Below are positions 28,341-42,100 of a stretch of DNA of 64,000 nucleotides, in pieces (position 1 is the first letter of the stretch; every line of letters starts with the position of its first letter). The DNA is from Rotaria socialis (lineage: Eukaryota). Made by a program: the position numbers and the translations under genes. The stretch is taken from positions 62,001-126,000 of the forward strand of contig CAJNYD010000256.1 in the NCBI GenBank assembly GCA_905331295.1, given 5' to 3'. Under the pieces are notes generated by a model. It did no database searches. It was not told the DNA's origin and saw nothing but the letters and a program-made list of their open reading frames with translations.

Positions 28341-31300
28341 ATTTTTGTGTGAAATTAGTTTTTATTTTATCCAGAGTTAAAAATAGAATACAAAAGTGCA
28401 TAAGTGAATTCCTTTTAGAAATAATGCACTGAGTCATTTACATCAGTCAGTAGATCAGTATGCTATGTTGAAACTGACTGACTTGTAACAATTTGACTAA
28501 ACAAAGACGCGCCTTCCGCTTGTTAAATTTTTAGACCATTCAATTTATTGAATATGTGAGGTCACTAGATACATTTTAGAAAACCGTTATCTTGTATCAT
28601 CCTAGTTGTGTTATATGAAAAACTGAATAGACGACATATCACCTCTGGCATCGCATATAATAACTAGTTTTGTTTGCTTTTCTATGATTTCAATTCATTT
28701 TAAATAGCTCGTTGAGTTTGATGAATTTCCGCTGTTTTTATTATTTGAATCCATTGTTAAATTCGATTCACTCAGTATAATGGATATGCAATTAATGGAT
28801 GAATGCAGAAAACTACCACACTTTATTTGTTTAAGTAGCAGAATTATTAATTAGTTCATTAGAAGAAGTTTTCTGTGGTCTTTTCGATCCAATGGACTAG
28901 TCATCTTTCAGTTAACATAATCTGTATTATAAATAGTAGCTGTAATAAACTACAAAGATCTTCAGAGAAATTTGAGTCCGCACCTATTTCCTATCGAAGC
29001 CTTGTTTTATTACAAATGGCCGATAAAACAGAGGTAATCACCATAGCAGTAGATCAGAATAGGAATAACCAAAACCAACTGATATTATCACAATAAATTA
29101 ATTTACTATAAATCAATATTAGTGCTTACGTTTTGAATTGAAGATTCAAAAATCTTCATTACTAACTATCTTGGTAGACGTTCACTGAAGTGTAGTGAAA
29201 AAATAAAGACAAAATGTGGTGTATTGGGAGAATAGCAAGTTACAGTACTTAATTTCACGTATGATCCTCAGAGAGTATCTGAGATCATAGACTGTATATA
29301 CATAATCCTGATTTAAAAGTAGTTTATCAATTTGGAAATATTTCATAGATATCTCTCAGTCATCAACTCAGAGCTTCAATAGAAGGTGTTAAACAAAATA
29401 TTTTTTCAATATACAAAAGAGTATAATCAATCAATTGCTTTTCTTAAACCAATATCTTGGGATAGATAATTGATATTCCAAATCGGCAATATTAACCTTT
29501 CCTTTTGTTCTTATAAAATATTTTTTTATCAATCTTGAAAATGTAACTATTCACGACTAAACACATTTTCCACTTAATCAAAAAAAAGGAATAGTTCAAT
29601 CACAGTTAATACAGATATTGATGAAAGAATTAGTACTCATTTTAAAAATCAATTGACTCAATTCAATTGAAGGATTATTAAAAGAATATATATTCTTGAT
29701 AGTCAATTATTATTGGTAACTACACATATTTTCAATAACAATATGCGAATATAGCAAGAATCTAGTGAAACTACCAGGAGGAATCAAAAATAGAATGTGT
29801 TAATATATACAACAGCAATGGTCATCAAATGTTAAACTGTTAACATAACGTGCAGTGCAAGTTCAAATGAAACCAAATAGTTTTCTTTGTACGATCATAC
29901 TAATATACTTTTATAGTGTCATTCGTTGGAGAATTTCATTCATTTTATCCTGTTGCTCTTACAAAGCTTCTTAGTAGAATCATTCATGAGTAAAAAAAAG
30001 ACAAGAATATGTTTTGTGTAGTAATCAGCTTTGCATTGCTGGATGAATATTGTAATACTGAACAAAACCTGTGATTGTTAAGCTGTAGAAAAGAACATAT
30101 TAGATTGTGCCAAAATAAAAATAATGACAAATAATCCGATAATTCTCTCAGCAAAATTTTTAGTTGCTTATTATTCAAGTAAATATTTCTTCTAGAAGTC
30201 TGACCAATTTTGGAAAACAAACACAGAAATTTCTGGAATATTTGATATTTCCGTAAACTGTCATTACAAGCAATGGCGTAGTTTCATTTTATTTTGATTG
30301 TCGGTGTTGCATAATTAAGTATGTTTTAACATTCTAAAAGTTTCCTTGAATTAAAAAAACTAGATTTCAAATGTTTTCGCAGATTTATCTATTTTCTTTC
30401 CAAGGTGGTTCTATGAGTACATTTGAATGACACCAAAAGTCAAAAGGAATACTTTATCGTGTACTTTGCACTACCAATTGTAAATAATAGACACCGAGAA
30501 GTATTATCAATAGTCATAAACATAGGAGAGAAAAATCGAAAAATGATCCATATGAAGAAGAATTACTGTATATTTCAGAACAAATACATTTTTTGAATCT
30601 GTATGTATACAAGCATATAGATTACAGAAAAATAAACAATTTGTTTCAGAACCGTTAATAAAATAAATAAATAGTCAGACAATATTTGTCGCGTCTATGA
30701 AGAGCCATATTAATGTCGCCTAACAGAAAAGAAAAATATCTGATAAAGGATAGACCATATTATTACAAACGATAATCGGCAAGAGCCTATCCAGTACATA
30801 CGGGCATAAGTCATACATCATCCTAATCAGTTCTATTTAGCCCTTAAGATACGTCGAATAACACGGGAATAGACCCATCGTACAACATTTAATAAATAAA
30901 ATGCATGAGTAACATGACAGCTGTTGATTCATGCTATTACTGGAACAAACTATAGAACACAAATCAAAAGATTAATGATTAGACTTTGAATCAGAATTTA
31001 ATATCTTGAAAATAGAAAGACTGATTCATTAACGTATATAGTCCATAAGCTTTTTCAATGTCATGACTCGCAGTTATCTGTGTATTTCATTATGATGAAC
31101 AGAATATAAGATGATTTCATGAACGTACTCTGAATAGTAAAAGAATCTTGCTTATTTATTACTTATTTCTATATGAATTGCACTTGTATAGTCATTACAT
31201 TTATATGATGACGTGAATGGTCTCAATATTAGAAATTTCTAGTGTGAATATCGTGCAAATTACATAGATAATATTGGACTAAATTTTTGATAATGGCGGT

Positions 31301-34300
31301 AATATTTATTTTAGTTTTCGGAATTTTGTTAGCTTTCTATATTATATTGGAAAGAACTAATGCGGGTAGCGTTAAATAAGAAACATTTTCCTTTCATTTT
31401 GATGTAAAATTTCCTTTCGAAAAAGTTTCAAGTGCAACAAAATATGTTTTTTTTGAAAACGATTACTTTATTCTTGACATGATGTGTATTATTCACATAT
31501 TTATTCTTTGCAATTCTCCTCAAAAACGGTTTGAAACTATCGATCTTCCTCGTTTTATGACACAAGCATTGTAAAAAAAACCTCTTAATAGCATTATTTC
31601 CCTATCAGAATAATAGAGAAAAAAGTTATCGTCAATTTGGTATTACATCGGAATGCATCATCATTGTTTATTTAATGTAACAAAACCGTAATTGCGTATA
31701 ATTATACAAAAGATTCTCAAAACGAAAGTAGTGACGAACTAAGAAGAGGCTTTTTTTCAGATAAATTGACGTGATGCTAAAACAAAGTTTTTGCTCAATT
31801 GATAGAGCTTTTCAAAAGCTACAGACTAGTCTAATCAATCCGTTTTCTAAGTAGGGAAAGAGCAGTGCAAAATCGGAAATACAAAATGCAGTGCTTTGAA
31901 AGTAGACTATTTTGGAGTATTGTAGTGTAGACTGGATATAATTTCATAATGATTCATTGAAAGAACTGTGTTCACTAGGTTTTGTAGAGAATTCGATGGG
32001 CTATCTTTTAGAGGAAAAGATCAAATAAGTACGTGAGAACCTGAACGAGATAGATTATAGTCGATTTGAAAGTCGTTAAAGAAAATCAATCAAGAAATTC
32101 GAGGTCTATAATTCTAAATAAAAATTAAACATGAATCCTATTCCAAATAGATATGAAGAGGCGATTTTACGATCACACAAGGGATCATTCTCTCGACATA
32201 ACTCAATTATTTTCGCTCTCGAAAATAATGCATGAAGTCTTTTTTGAATTAAATATAAACAGATTCTAAACTAGAAGATACTTCATTGAATCTTTAATAA
32301 TACTAACACAAGTATTATTAAGTAAAAGCGATAACTAAAGTATGAAACTTCTGTTTTTTTTTCTCAGGCGCCATCGATAATATTTTTACGATAAAAATAT
32401 CATTTTGGCATGTTGCATTTTCTGAATATTATCATGAAATTCTTCGCCGATGATTTCAGAATAAACAATAGCATTCTTCGAATGATAGCAAACCAGCAAG
32501 AAACAAAGCACAACAGCTAGTAATTTAAGTAAAAGAAAATCTAGTTCAATAGATTTTTCTCAGTAAAACAGATAATTAGCAGAATTATTGTTCATATCAA
32601 GAGAATCTTGAAAGAAAAAAGAATTTCATGGTTCTATTGAAATATTGATAATCCATCTTTTGATTGATTCCTTGTATAGAAATCTTTTGAAATTTGCATT
32701 TTACTATAGCTACATGCTGGTCTGTATATTGTATAAATCAAGTGTCTACGTAACCGGATAGTCATATAGAAAAAGGCAGTTGTATTGAATTAACATGAGA
32801 AATAAGCCTATGTAAATTGTTTTTCTCAAATTTGAATTTTAACTTAGTAAATATCGATGCTATATCACTTTTTCTCACTGCGTCGTATCTCTTGATAATA
32901 GCACGATGAATACGTAACCACTATTCCCAATTCCATATCGGTAATGTTAAGATTATTCTAACCTAGAATGTATATTTTATGTGTTTTCTGCGAACATAGA
33001 TTATTTTTACTGAAGGTCACACGAACTACAACTATCCGTAATGATCCATTTCAGGTTCGAATTACAAACGAATTCAATATCTTGTTTGCTAACAGAAGTA
33101 TATATGACATATTAGAAAACAACACTACAACTTAACCACAATATGGCATATCATTTACGGATGTAAATAGCTCATTCGTGTTATTAATGATTTTCAAAGC
33201 CACAATAGCAGTCAAAATGATATTCCTATTGATGATATTAGATTTCATGTTTTATCAACAACACATAGTACCAGATGTTTGTGACATAGAAACAGTTGAT
33301 TAAATAAATCCAACTTATCACATGATTTAATTGGTCATATTCGTATTTCTAGTAGGTTCGCATATTTATTTTCTTGACATTTTTTCTTCATAGGCAATAA
33401 ATCTTTTAATATAGCTAAAAGTGTCGTCGTCTTTTATTTATTAAATAACAATTGGTTTCTATCTCATGTTCGCTCGAGATAATCAAGGAATTCAATCCTT
33501 TTGTTTTCCTATGCTTCATTTATTTTTCTTATTATGCTTGTTTTGTTGATATTTTCAATATAAACCAATTCAATTATCTATTCTACATAAAAAATAACTG
33601 ATGTGCAGTTCCAGTTTGCTGAGTTTCGACGTAGTTTAGATTGGCAATCGCCTTTGTTGAAGTACTGCGAAACAAAGCTATAAAAAAATAACGATATGCT
33701 CTCATAGAATCGTTGTGTCCATATTACAACGGGTCAGAATCCATCCTTGTAAATCTCTGCTTTAGTACATCACATTCGGTAGTTATGAAATTTTGATTTA
33801 TAGGATTTAATTTTCGCAAAGGGTGAATGTCTACTAATTAGTTTTTTTTTCTTTCTTTCTTATGTTTTACTTCATATAATAACAAAGAGAGTGAAAGCTA
33901 TTCAAATGGATTGCCTTTGAAAAGTAGATTGGGACACGTTCATTGAAAATTAAGCATAAATTATTCATAGACAAGAAATAAATAAGAGTATACTCAAATT
34001 GACGTTGAACGCAAGCATCTTATTTCTATAAAACATGCAAAACTATTTGTTTTCAGTAAATAACAATAATCATTCTTGGCCGAGCTATTTTCTTCAATTT
34101 TATTTGGAATAATTAATCGTATGTAAGTATATATGTATATATATATATATATTCATACAAAAAAAAAGTGAAACGACAAGTGAACAAAAACAAATAGGTC
34201 AATGAGTTCCATGATACAATTGATTTGTTTCGATGTCTACTTCAACTAACACGGATTAATACAAAACAACAATACTAACGATTATAATGAATATACATGA

Positions 34301-34536
34301 ATTAATAACAACAACAAAAACGAAAAAAAAAAAAAACTTATATGATTTCAATAATGAAATGCATGGTAAAGCCAACAATAACGAGAGAGAAGAAAGTTCA
34401 ATTGGAGAAAGGAATGTCTTTGATTTTTTTAACCGCTCCATACAGCCAAATCCCGAGCCCCTTGATAATATTCAAAAAACAAAGACGATGCATTTTACGA
34501 TATGGTAATGGGCATGTTTGCTTTTGATAGTTTTTG

Positions 34537-36945
34537 TTAGGGAGGCTCAAATCGATACGGATTTTCGATAGGCATTATTGTCTCAATTGATGATGAATCT
34601 GGTCCAAGATGAACATCTTTACTAATTTTTAAATTACTTGATTGACTCTAGAGAAAAGAACATATTTCATAAAATAAATTATATAAAAATTTATTTAAAT
34701 TACTTTAAGTAAAGTTGAGAAATAATCAAATTTATATAAAAGTATAGGTTGACCATCAAGATAATTATCTTTTCCTCCGCCTGGCCCATTCAACGAACAT
34801 GATGTTAATCCACATGTTAGCAAAGCATAAGCTCCGACGTAACAAATCCAAAGTGTTAGATGAGAATAACCTGGAATATTCAGATATTGTTCACACATCA
34901 TCCATAGACTGCGCCAAATTTGAACAACACTGATGAATGCAATTAAATGAAATATATTAGAAATAATTGAGTAGATTAATTTTTGATGATGTTTAATTAA
35001 ACATTGTATTATTGGAATTTGTAATAAAGCAAGAAGAAAAAAGAATGAATACCCAATTGTAAATGAGATTAACATTGATATAGATTTATTATCTGGACAT
35101 ATGTATAAATCAGAAAGATTATATAAACCACGCCAAGCAATAACGACAAACGGTGCTTCAACAATCTCATAAAATACAAAATCAAACGTATACTGCCAAA
35201 AGCGATTTGTCTAAAGAAAATAAACAAAAATGTATGAAGAAATACAAAAAACATGATTTGGTTTTATTTCACAAAATCTTATTTTAACACAATATTAGTC
35301 TTAGTATTTCTAATTTCGTCATTTAAAATAATAATTTTCGTTTATATTCTTAGTGACATTTCAAAAGAAAGCTTTTATCTTAGGCAATCAAAACATGTAG
35401 ATATGAAACTGATCGACTAGATCAGATCTATTCAATAGTCAAGAAAAACAAAAACACGACTAACAAAAATGATGAAATTTTCCTAAGGGTAAAATAGTCT
35501 GAGTATCAAATTTTTTCATCGATCGGCATAGGATTCTTTATCAATACTTTCTATGGTCGTGCTGAATTTACGTTGTACGTCAATTTGTTACGACTGATGC
35601 ATTCAAAAGAAACATATAAAATTATAATCTAGAGTCAGGCGAAATCGAGAGTAAAGATGAGCAGCTACGTTCGTCTTCAAATGAGTCACATCATTATTCA
35701 TCGTTTACTATTAATTATATGTAAGGACAGAAAAACTTCCGCCTAACTTTTAATCCATATATTTTCCAAATTACATGTATTCTTGTATGTTCAAATGATT
35801 TGATTATTCAAGTTTATTAGAAATATGACCTCGACGAGTAGTAAAATTAATTAGATGAATTTCGTGTATTCGATAAAATTACCGAAGAACTTTTCCCACT
35901 CATTCATTATAACGATCTGTTTTATTATTTATTCATTCTGCTTTTATTAGGATTAAGTTTGTTCTATTTTGTTCCTGTTATTGTATAAAAAGAAACGTTT
36001 GTTTTTGAAACTTACTGAAAAATTATATTTTGAGCCGAGTATAAAATAACTTTCAGTATCAACACCAATTAAAAACGGTGCTGAGTTAAGACTGTAAATT
36101 GATTTCATTATTAAGAGACAGGTAACGCTGATTAATGTTTCAATTAATAGATGATACCAAATATTGCTTGTTAAATCTAATAAATTCCATAAACCTCGCC
36201 ATTGATTTATATAGGCTAATGCAATTATTAATGTATAAAATCTTGTCATAATTTGTCCGAAAATATTTTTTCGATGTTTTTCATAGAATGTTTGAAGATA
36301 ATTTTGTATCAAATACATAAAATAAAGAATCATAAGACCAATGCCTAATGATATAAGTGCACTCGTACGTTCATTGCTAGGTAGTAAATTTATATCGAGT
36401 AAATCCCATGCACCACGCCAATGTATGTTAACTAGTGGTGTTATTATAAATGCTGATACAATCATATCAGTAAAATAAAATTTAATAAACGAGCAATAAT
36501 TTGATGTTAAAGAGTCATTGGGATTTAAAGGAGAGTTTATTTTTGTATCTTTTGTATTTTGATGTTTGTCACTGAGGAGCGGACGGGCAAGGCTTGCTTC
36601 ACTGCTGGATGTGCTTAGGTTTATATACGCATCATATTGAGGTGTATTGATTGTGGACATTTGAGATAAGTCAGTATTTATTGAATCACTATCATTTTGA
36701 TGAATTTCAATGGTTGTGCATTGATTAACGACGTCATTTTTTGTTGAAAAATTAATATCCAAAGATGGTGTTAGGAAATTATGTTGATTATTAATATCGT
36801 CTTCATCTTCGGATGACGTCATTGATCGAACCATCGATGATGAATCAGCTGAACTCGAACTAAAACGATGAAATTTTTAAAATTTTCTATCAATTAATTC
36901 TTCATTAAAAAAAATCGAAGCATACATGTTTGTAATCTGTGCCAT
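34537..36945 (-). CDS. Fuseless-family multipass membrane protein, multi-exon (start codon uncertain)
   Basis: Repeated Fuseless-like TM motifs: DMIVSAFIITPLVNIHWRGAWDLLD, INQWRGLWNLLD, ILFWRG-type exon (LLSLLAWRGLY) and VVQIWRSLWMMCE. Last exon SQSSNLK...YRFEPP* ends 34537. MAQITNI at 36945 splices in frame to SSSADSSSMVRS. Confidence 0.8.
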
Positions 36946-38304
36946 ACAACCAATAATAGGAATACCAGTATGTATAGCTGGATCTAAAGCCGAAAGAATC
37001 TAAGACAAAAAAAAGTTTTAAAAAATATCTCTTTTTCATACATATCAAAAAAATCGAAACTTACTTTCGATGTATTCAGACAACAATACGCATGGCATGG
37101 CTTTGGTTTCTAACTAGCATAAAATATAAACTGTAAAACATCCAATCTAGAATAGAAGATTTTGTTATTGACACGTATTTTAGTCAGAAAATAGAAAAAC
37201 CGTACCAGACGAGAACGTTAGTTCACAGAAGAACGCCACTCTATTGATTTATTAAATATTTTAATAAAGAAAATAGAAGAATAGTGATTAACGTTAATAC
37301 ACTTCGATGGAAAATGCTTTCTTATCTAAAAAAAAAGAATTCTTTTATGTTATGTTAGAGGCAAAACACGATACGCTTCTCACAAACTTCCCGAACAGTG
37401 TTTAGACAAGAAGAAAAAAAAAGGAAGAATAAAATGTTAGGCCTGAAAATAATGTTTACAGGAAAGGAAGAAAATAAGCTTTTCTAGCAGACGCGTGATT
37501 CGCTGATTTGCCAAATGTGTCGTTGAAATGTCAGTCGGTGCGAGGGAAAAAAATAGGGATAATGACGTCGAAAGAAAGAAAATGAACAAACCAATGAAAT
37601 CGCTGTTGCCTACTTAGTATAGCGTAGACATCTGCTGATCTTATCAGATGTCATACTTGTATAAAATTTCCCCAAAGAAAACCAGAAATATACATAAAAT
37701 TCTGATTCAATTTTATTGTTTCTTTTGTTTAGAAACCATTTAAATCATTTTCTTTTCACAATCGAAAGATGACTCTGCAAAATATGAACACTAGCTAGCA
37801 AGAGGAGACAGATGTGTGTGCATGTTAGGAAATATCTTATCTGTAGTATATAGAAGTATCGTTCACTAAAGGTTTTTCGCAACCATGATTCTATTTTCAC
37901 TTCATTGATCACTAACAAACATAAACTGCCAACATAAGGCATATGATAAATGCACTTTTTTGTCACTATCGGTAGAATGGCGTCACTTTCACTCAATCAT
38001 ATGTAATGACGCACGACTGATTCATAGCTTCCCACAATTAGATGTAGGACTACGCTTAATGATTTATATTGCAGAGAAAAGGTGAACACAGTTAAAAACT
38101 AAATAAATGAAGTGATTAAATAGCTGTCTATGATATTAGTTGGATTATTATCTAAAAGATGTAGAAAAAATTCTTCATCATTTACAAGAGCACTTGTTCT
38201 CAGAATTTCATTGATTTTATTGATTTAAAATTAGCATAATTTACCTCGATACGATAACTGATAGAAAGGCAAGGCAATCTTCTTCAGACAATAGAGTTTA
38301 TCTA

Positions 38305-38336
38305 AATGTCACAATGTCACAATGTCACAATGTCAC
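38305..38336 (+). repeat. Tandem (AATGTCAC)x4
   Basis: Four exact 8-bp copies. Confidence 0.9.
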
Positions 38337-38867
38337 GTTTTCAATATTTACTCAACGACTAGGAACAATCTTATGGCTTCATCATAATAGAAAACATGAT
38401 TATTTTCGCAGCGAGAATCGAATTTATTATTATTTTTCTTTTACTATCTGTCGCACATCATGCGCGGCACACAAACGTCTCCGAAGAATTATGGTCTTAG
38501 TCTATATTAAGCTTTTATTATAATGTAGGATGGTAAGCTCTTTGAAAACAGGTTCATTCAATAGTACCACCCCCGTGTTGTAGAAGTTCCAAATTTGATT
38601 CTATTTTAGTAGAAAGAATAATAATAAGTATCAATGAAAACCAACGGGATTATTTATCATAAATTTAATATAAAAATTTTTTCGGTCATAAAACCTTTTT
38701 TCAATTATGGCCTGGGAAATTTCATCAGAACATGGGTGGATCTTGTTTATAGTAGTATGTCAGTAAAAGATAGCGAAATTATAGATTTTGCTGGAAAAAC
38801 AACAGGTCACAGTCATATATCTATTTTTGATATACATAATGACATATTTTTCTTCTTGCAGCTCATT

Positions 38868-39123
38868 CCCATGTAAAACAAAAGTGAACCAAAGGTCACT
38901 TTTAATAGTAATAAAGTAAAATAACGTAATTCACTTACTATATTTCACTTTCTATAGTACTTTATCATACTTTTCTTACTTTCAAAAGTACTTATCAGTA
39001 TTTTTTACTCAAAAAGTATGAAAAGTATTTAAAAAGGTTCACTTATAAGTACTTTACCCTGCGTAAAACCTACTATTGAAAGTGCTTAATAGTCACTTTT
39101 TTGGGTAAAGTTTTTTACATGGG
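38868..39123. mobile_element. CCC...GGG MITE (256 bp; probable CMC/EnSpm-type)
   Basis: TIR CCCATGTAAAA / TTTTACATGGG, 2-bp TSD TT/TT, internal AAAAGT/ACTTT repeats. Confidence 0.8.
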
Positions 39124-42100
39124 TTATACCCGTAGGAGCTTCTCAACATTTCTTACAGAGATTAATGGTTTTCATCTATAATTGCGTAATGATTGAATCT
39201 ATTCCAAGACGATTTTCGATGAATCAATTGTCTGTTGGTTTCATAATACTGTTGAAATTAACATAGAATATTTCTAGTAAAATGATCATTAAAAAGAAAA
39301 CTCGTCTTGTTTCAATAAGAATTTCAAGTAAACAATACGCATACTATACATTATACTTCGTTATTTTACACTAAATATTGATTTTTATCAATAAGTTGTA
39401 TGCAGAAAAACAAGAATTTTCTAATACTTAAACTCTTAATATTGCTTCTCAGACATACGGAACTATTATTGAAAATAGATTATGATTATTTCCTACATAT
39501 AATAATCCAAGCATGCATGATCTATCAATATTCGATATGAAATGTTTTCTTCAACGATTAAACTTGATGCAATCTCACAAATATAAGAGCAAATAATGGA
39601 AGCATGCTCTCCCAAAAAAGAGAATTTTCTGTACGCTAACTTCTACTCAATCAATTTTGATGCGTGTGTTTTGCTCTAGTAATCGAAAGATGAATATCAA
39701 TCGAATTCTGTAAAAAAAAACGAGCTTCCATGTATTTCAAATTTTCTAGCAAGCAAAACAGTTGTATCAAATACTTGCATTCAATTGCTGTTATAACAAG
39801 AAGGGCAGGTTTTTTTTATTTGATGGCGCATTTTCTTTCTAAATTTCTTTCATAGCTAGACTTGTTGAACGTGTCAAGAACATACAGCAGAACCAGATAA
39901 ATGAAAATCTATTGACAATAGACGTTCAGGCTCCTCAGCTTTTCTTAGAGTAACATTCAAATCATTTCTTTTGCAGAAGAAATGTTCCTAGGATTGAATA
40001 CAATTCGATATGAACGAGAATGTAAGAGAGATGCATTTGTAAAAAAGTGAAGAGAATTATCAATTCCAGCTCGCTTTTAAATAGAATTCTTTTGAGTGCC
40101 ATCGACGAAAATTGAATTAAAAAACACCGTAAATCTCACATCGTTTTTTTTAGGGAGAATGTTCTATTCGAGAAATAAAATAATACAAAGCGAAGATTGA
40201 ACTGAATAAAATCATGCCAATATATCGTTTTGACAGGTAATATTGTCGACTTGTCTAATGTATATACGTTGGATTTCTTTACTATAAAGTCATGATTTGC
40301 GTTAACAGAGTTTGAAAAGAATGTTGTGGACATGAGTCTATGTGTGCTTGAAAGCAAGCAATAAACACGCAAGCAAACCTACGCGCCAAATTCCAATTGA
40401 AAGAATGTGCGTTTAATTATTTGCCATTATTTGATGTATCAGCAATAATGGCATGATCTGACAGTCAAGTAATAATATATTGAAACATAGATTTCATTTA
40501 TGTTACAGTAACATCTATCGACTTATGTCAGTATTTTTACAGAAAAGCAAGGGTCTATTTATATAATTACATAGACCGAAGACAGTGAAAATATGATACT
40601 ATTCATAATCAATACAAACTAATGAAAGAAAAAAAGACATTTTGGAAAAAAAATTGTCGAAACATTCAAGATAGCTTTGGAATTTTTACCGAATTTAAAC
40701 ATATGCTCATATTTTCTGCTATGATATTAAATGAATTGAAACTTTGTCTACTTCTTGAAGAATGCTCGGGCATCTTATCGTAGGCAGAGCTGTTTTCAAC
40801 TGTCGGCATGTCTCTCTATGCAAACAGTATTGTGTCTATGTAAACTATGCACTGTATGACATTATCATATTTGCACAAAACATTCATCAATTGAATAAGT
40901 AAGGTCGCACATGTGTGGCTACTCAAGATGTCATTTTGAGAAGTAAGGAAATTTCAGATTGATAATTATGATTGCCTAAATATTATTTCCACTAGCATGA
41001 TGGAAAATACTTTCGGATTATTTTTCAATCTAGTAGAAGTTCAATCATTCTTCGTTTCCATTCTCGAGTAGAACTGGGCTTTGCCAAAACAAAATGTAAA
41101 ATCTTTAGTATTTTTCAATTAAATTTTCTTCAATGATTCGCAATAGAATTCAGTAGTAGCTATAATTTCGAGTAGAGCCATTGTTTCTGTACAACACCAG
41201 ACGTATATATTGTACCTGCTGGTCAAAACTTTATTATCGTCGTTCTTTCTTTACGGAAATTTTCGGCAAACTGTATTAATCTGATCATAACACAATATAC
41301 AATAAATTCAAGCGAAATAGTTTTCTAGCAAGATCTAGCTAGAATAAATGCGAAATTACTCTGAGATGGAAGTATAAAAATATATTTTAAACTAGGAACT
41401 CTCGAATGCTAAATTCTCACGAGTCTATTTGCAAATAACTAACTTCGATATTGATAACCGTAGCTTACCTTTTCAAATATTGAAAGTTGTTGATAAATCT
41501 CAGAAAGAACTTTCTTATATTGGTCAAGAAGGAAACTTCAATGAATTGAGAATCTGGATGAATAAATCAATTCAAATAAAAACGACGAATCTTTTATTGT
41601 GTACATTATTCGAAATTTCAGTAGTGACGCATGAATTTTCGTAATTACAAAGAAATTGTCGTAATTACTGAAACTTTCACAGTTCCTTCAATTTTAATGT
41701 GTATAAATTGGGTAATAACCTTCTATAAATAGAGAATCTGACGTCATGAAAGGATGAAAATTTTCCAAATTTTTCATAATATTTTTTAGGCTTTTCAAGA
41801 TGGGACTCGTTTATCTATTGACAGTTTTCTAGTGATGCAATTTTTACATGTACTCCTAATATCTGAAATCCGCTGGAAAATAGGTGAGCAAGCAGTAAAA
41901 ATTAAGAAAATTTTCTGAATAGTATTTTCACATGCCTTAGTCATTTTTTGCAATTAGCTAGAAAGCTATTTTCGATATATGAGTAATAATGAGCTTTGTT
42001 TAGAAGCTTCCTTTTCATTTCTGCGTAATTTTCTGTTTCTCTTCATGAATACTCTTGTTAGCATTGCGGAGATCTTTTGTATTCTAAATATTTTCTTGAA

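Noticed and set aside
38868..39123. Short internal repeats as a CRISPR-like array
   Set aside because: The motifs are irregular and lie inside a TIR-bounded MITE. There is no repeat-spacer periodicity and the context is eukaryotic.
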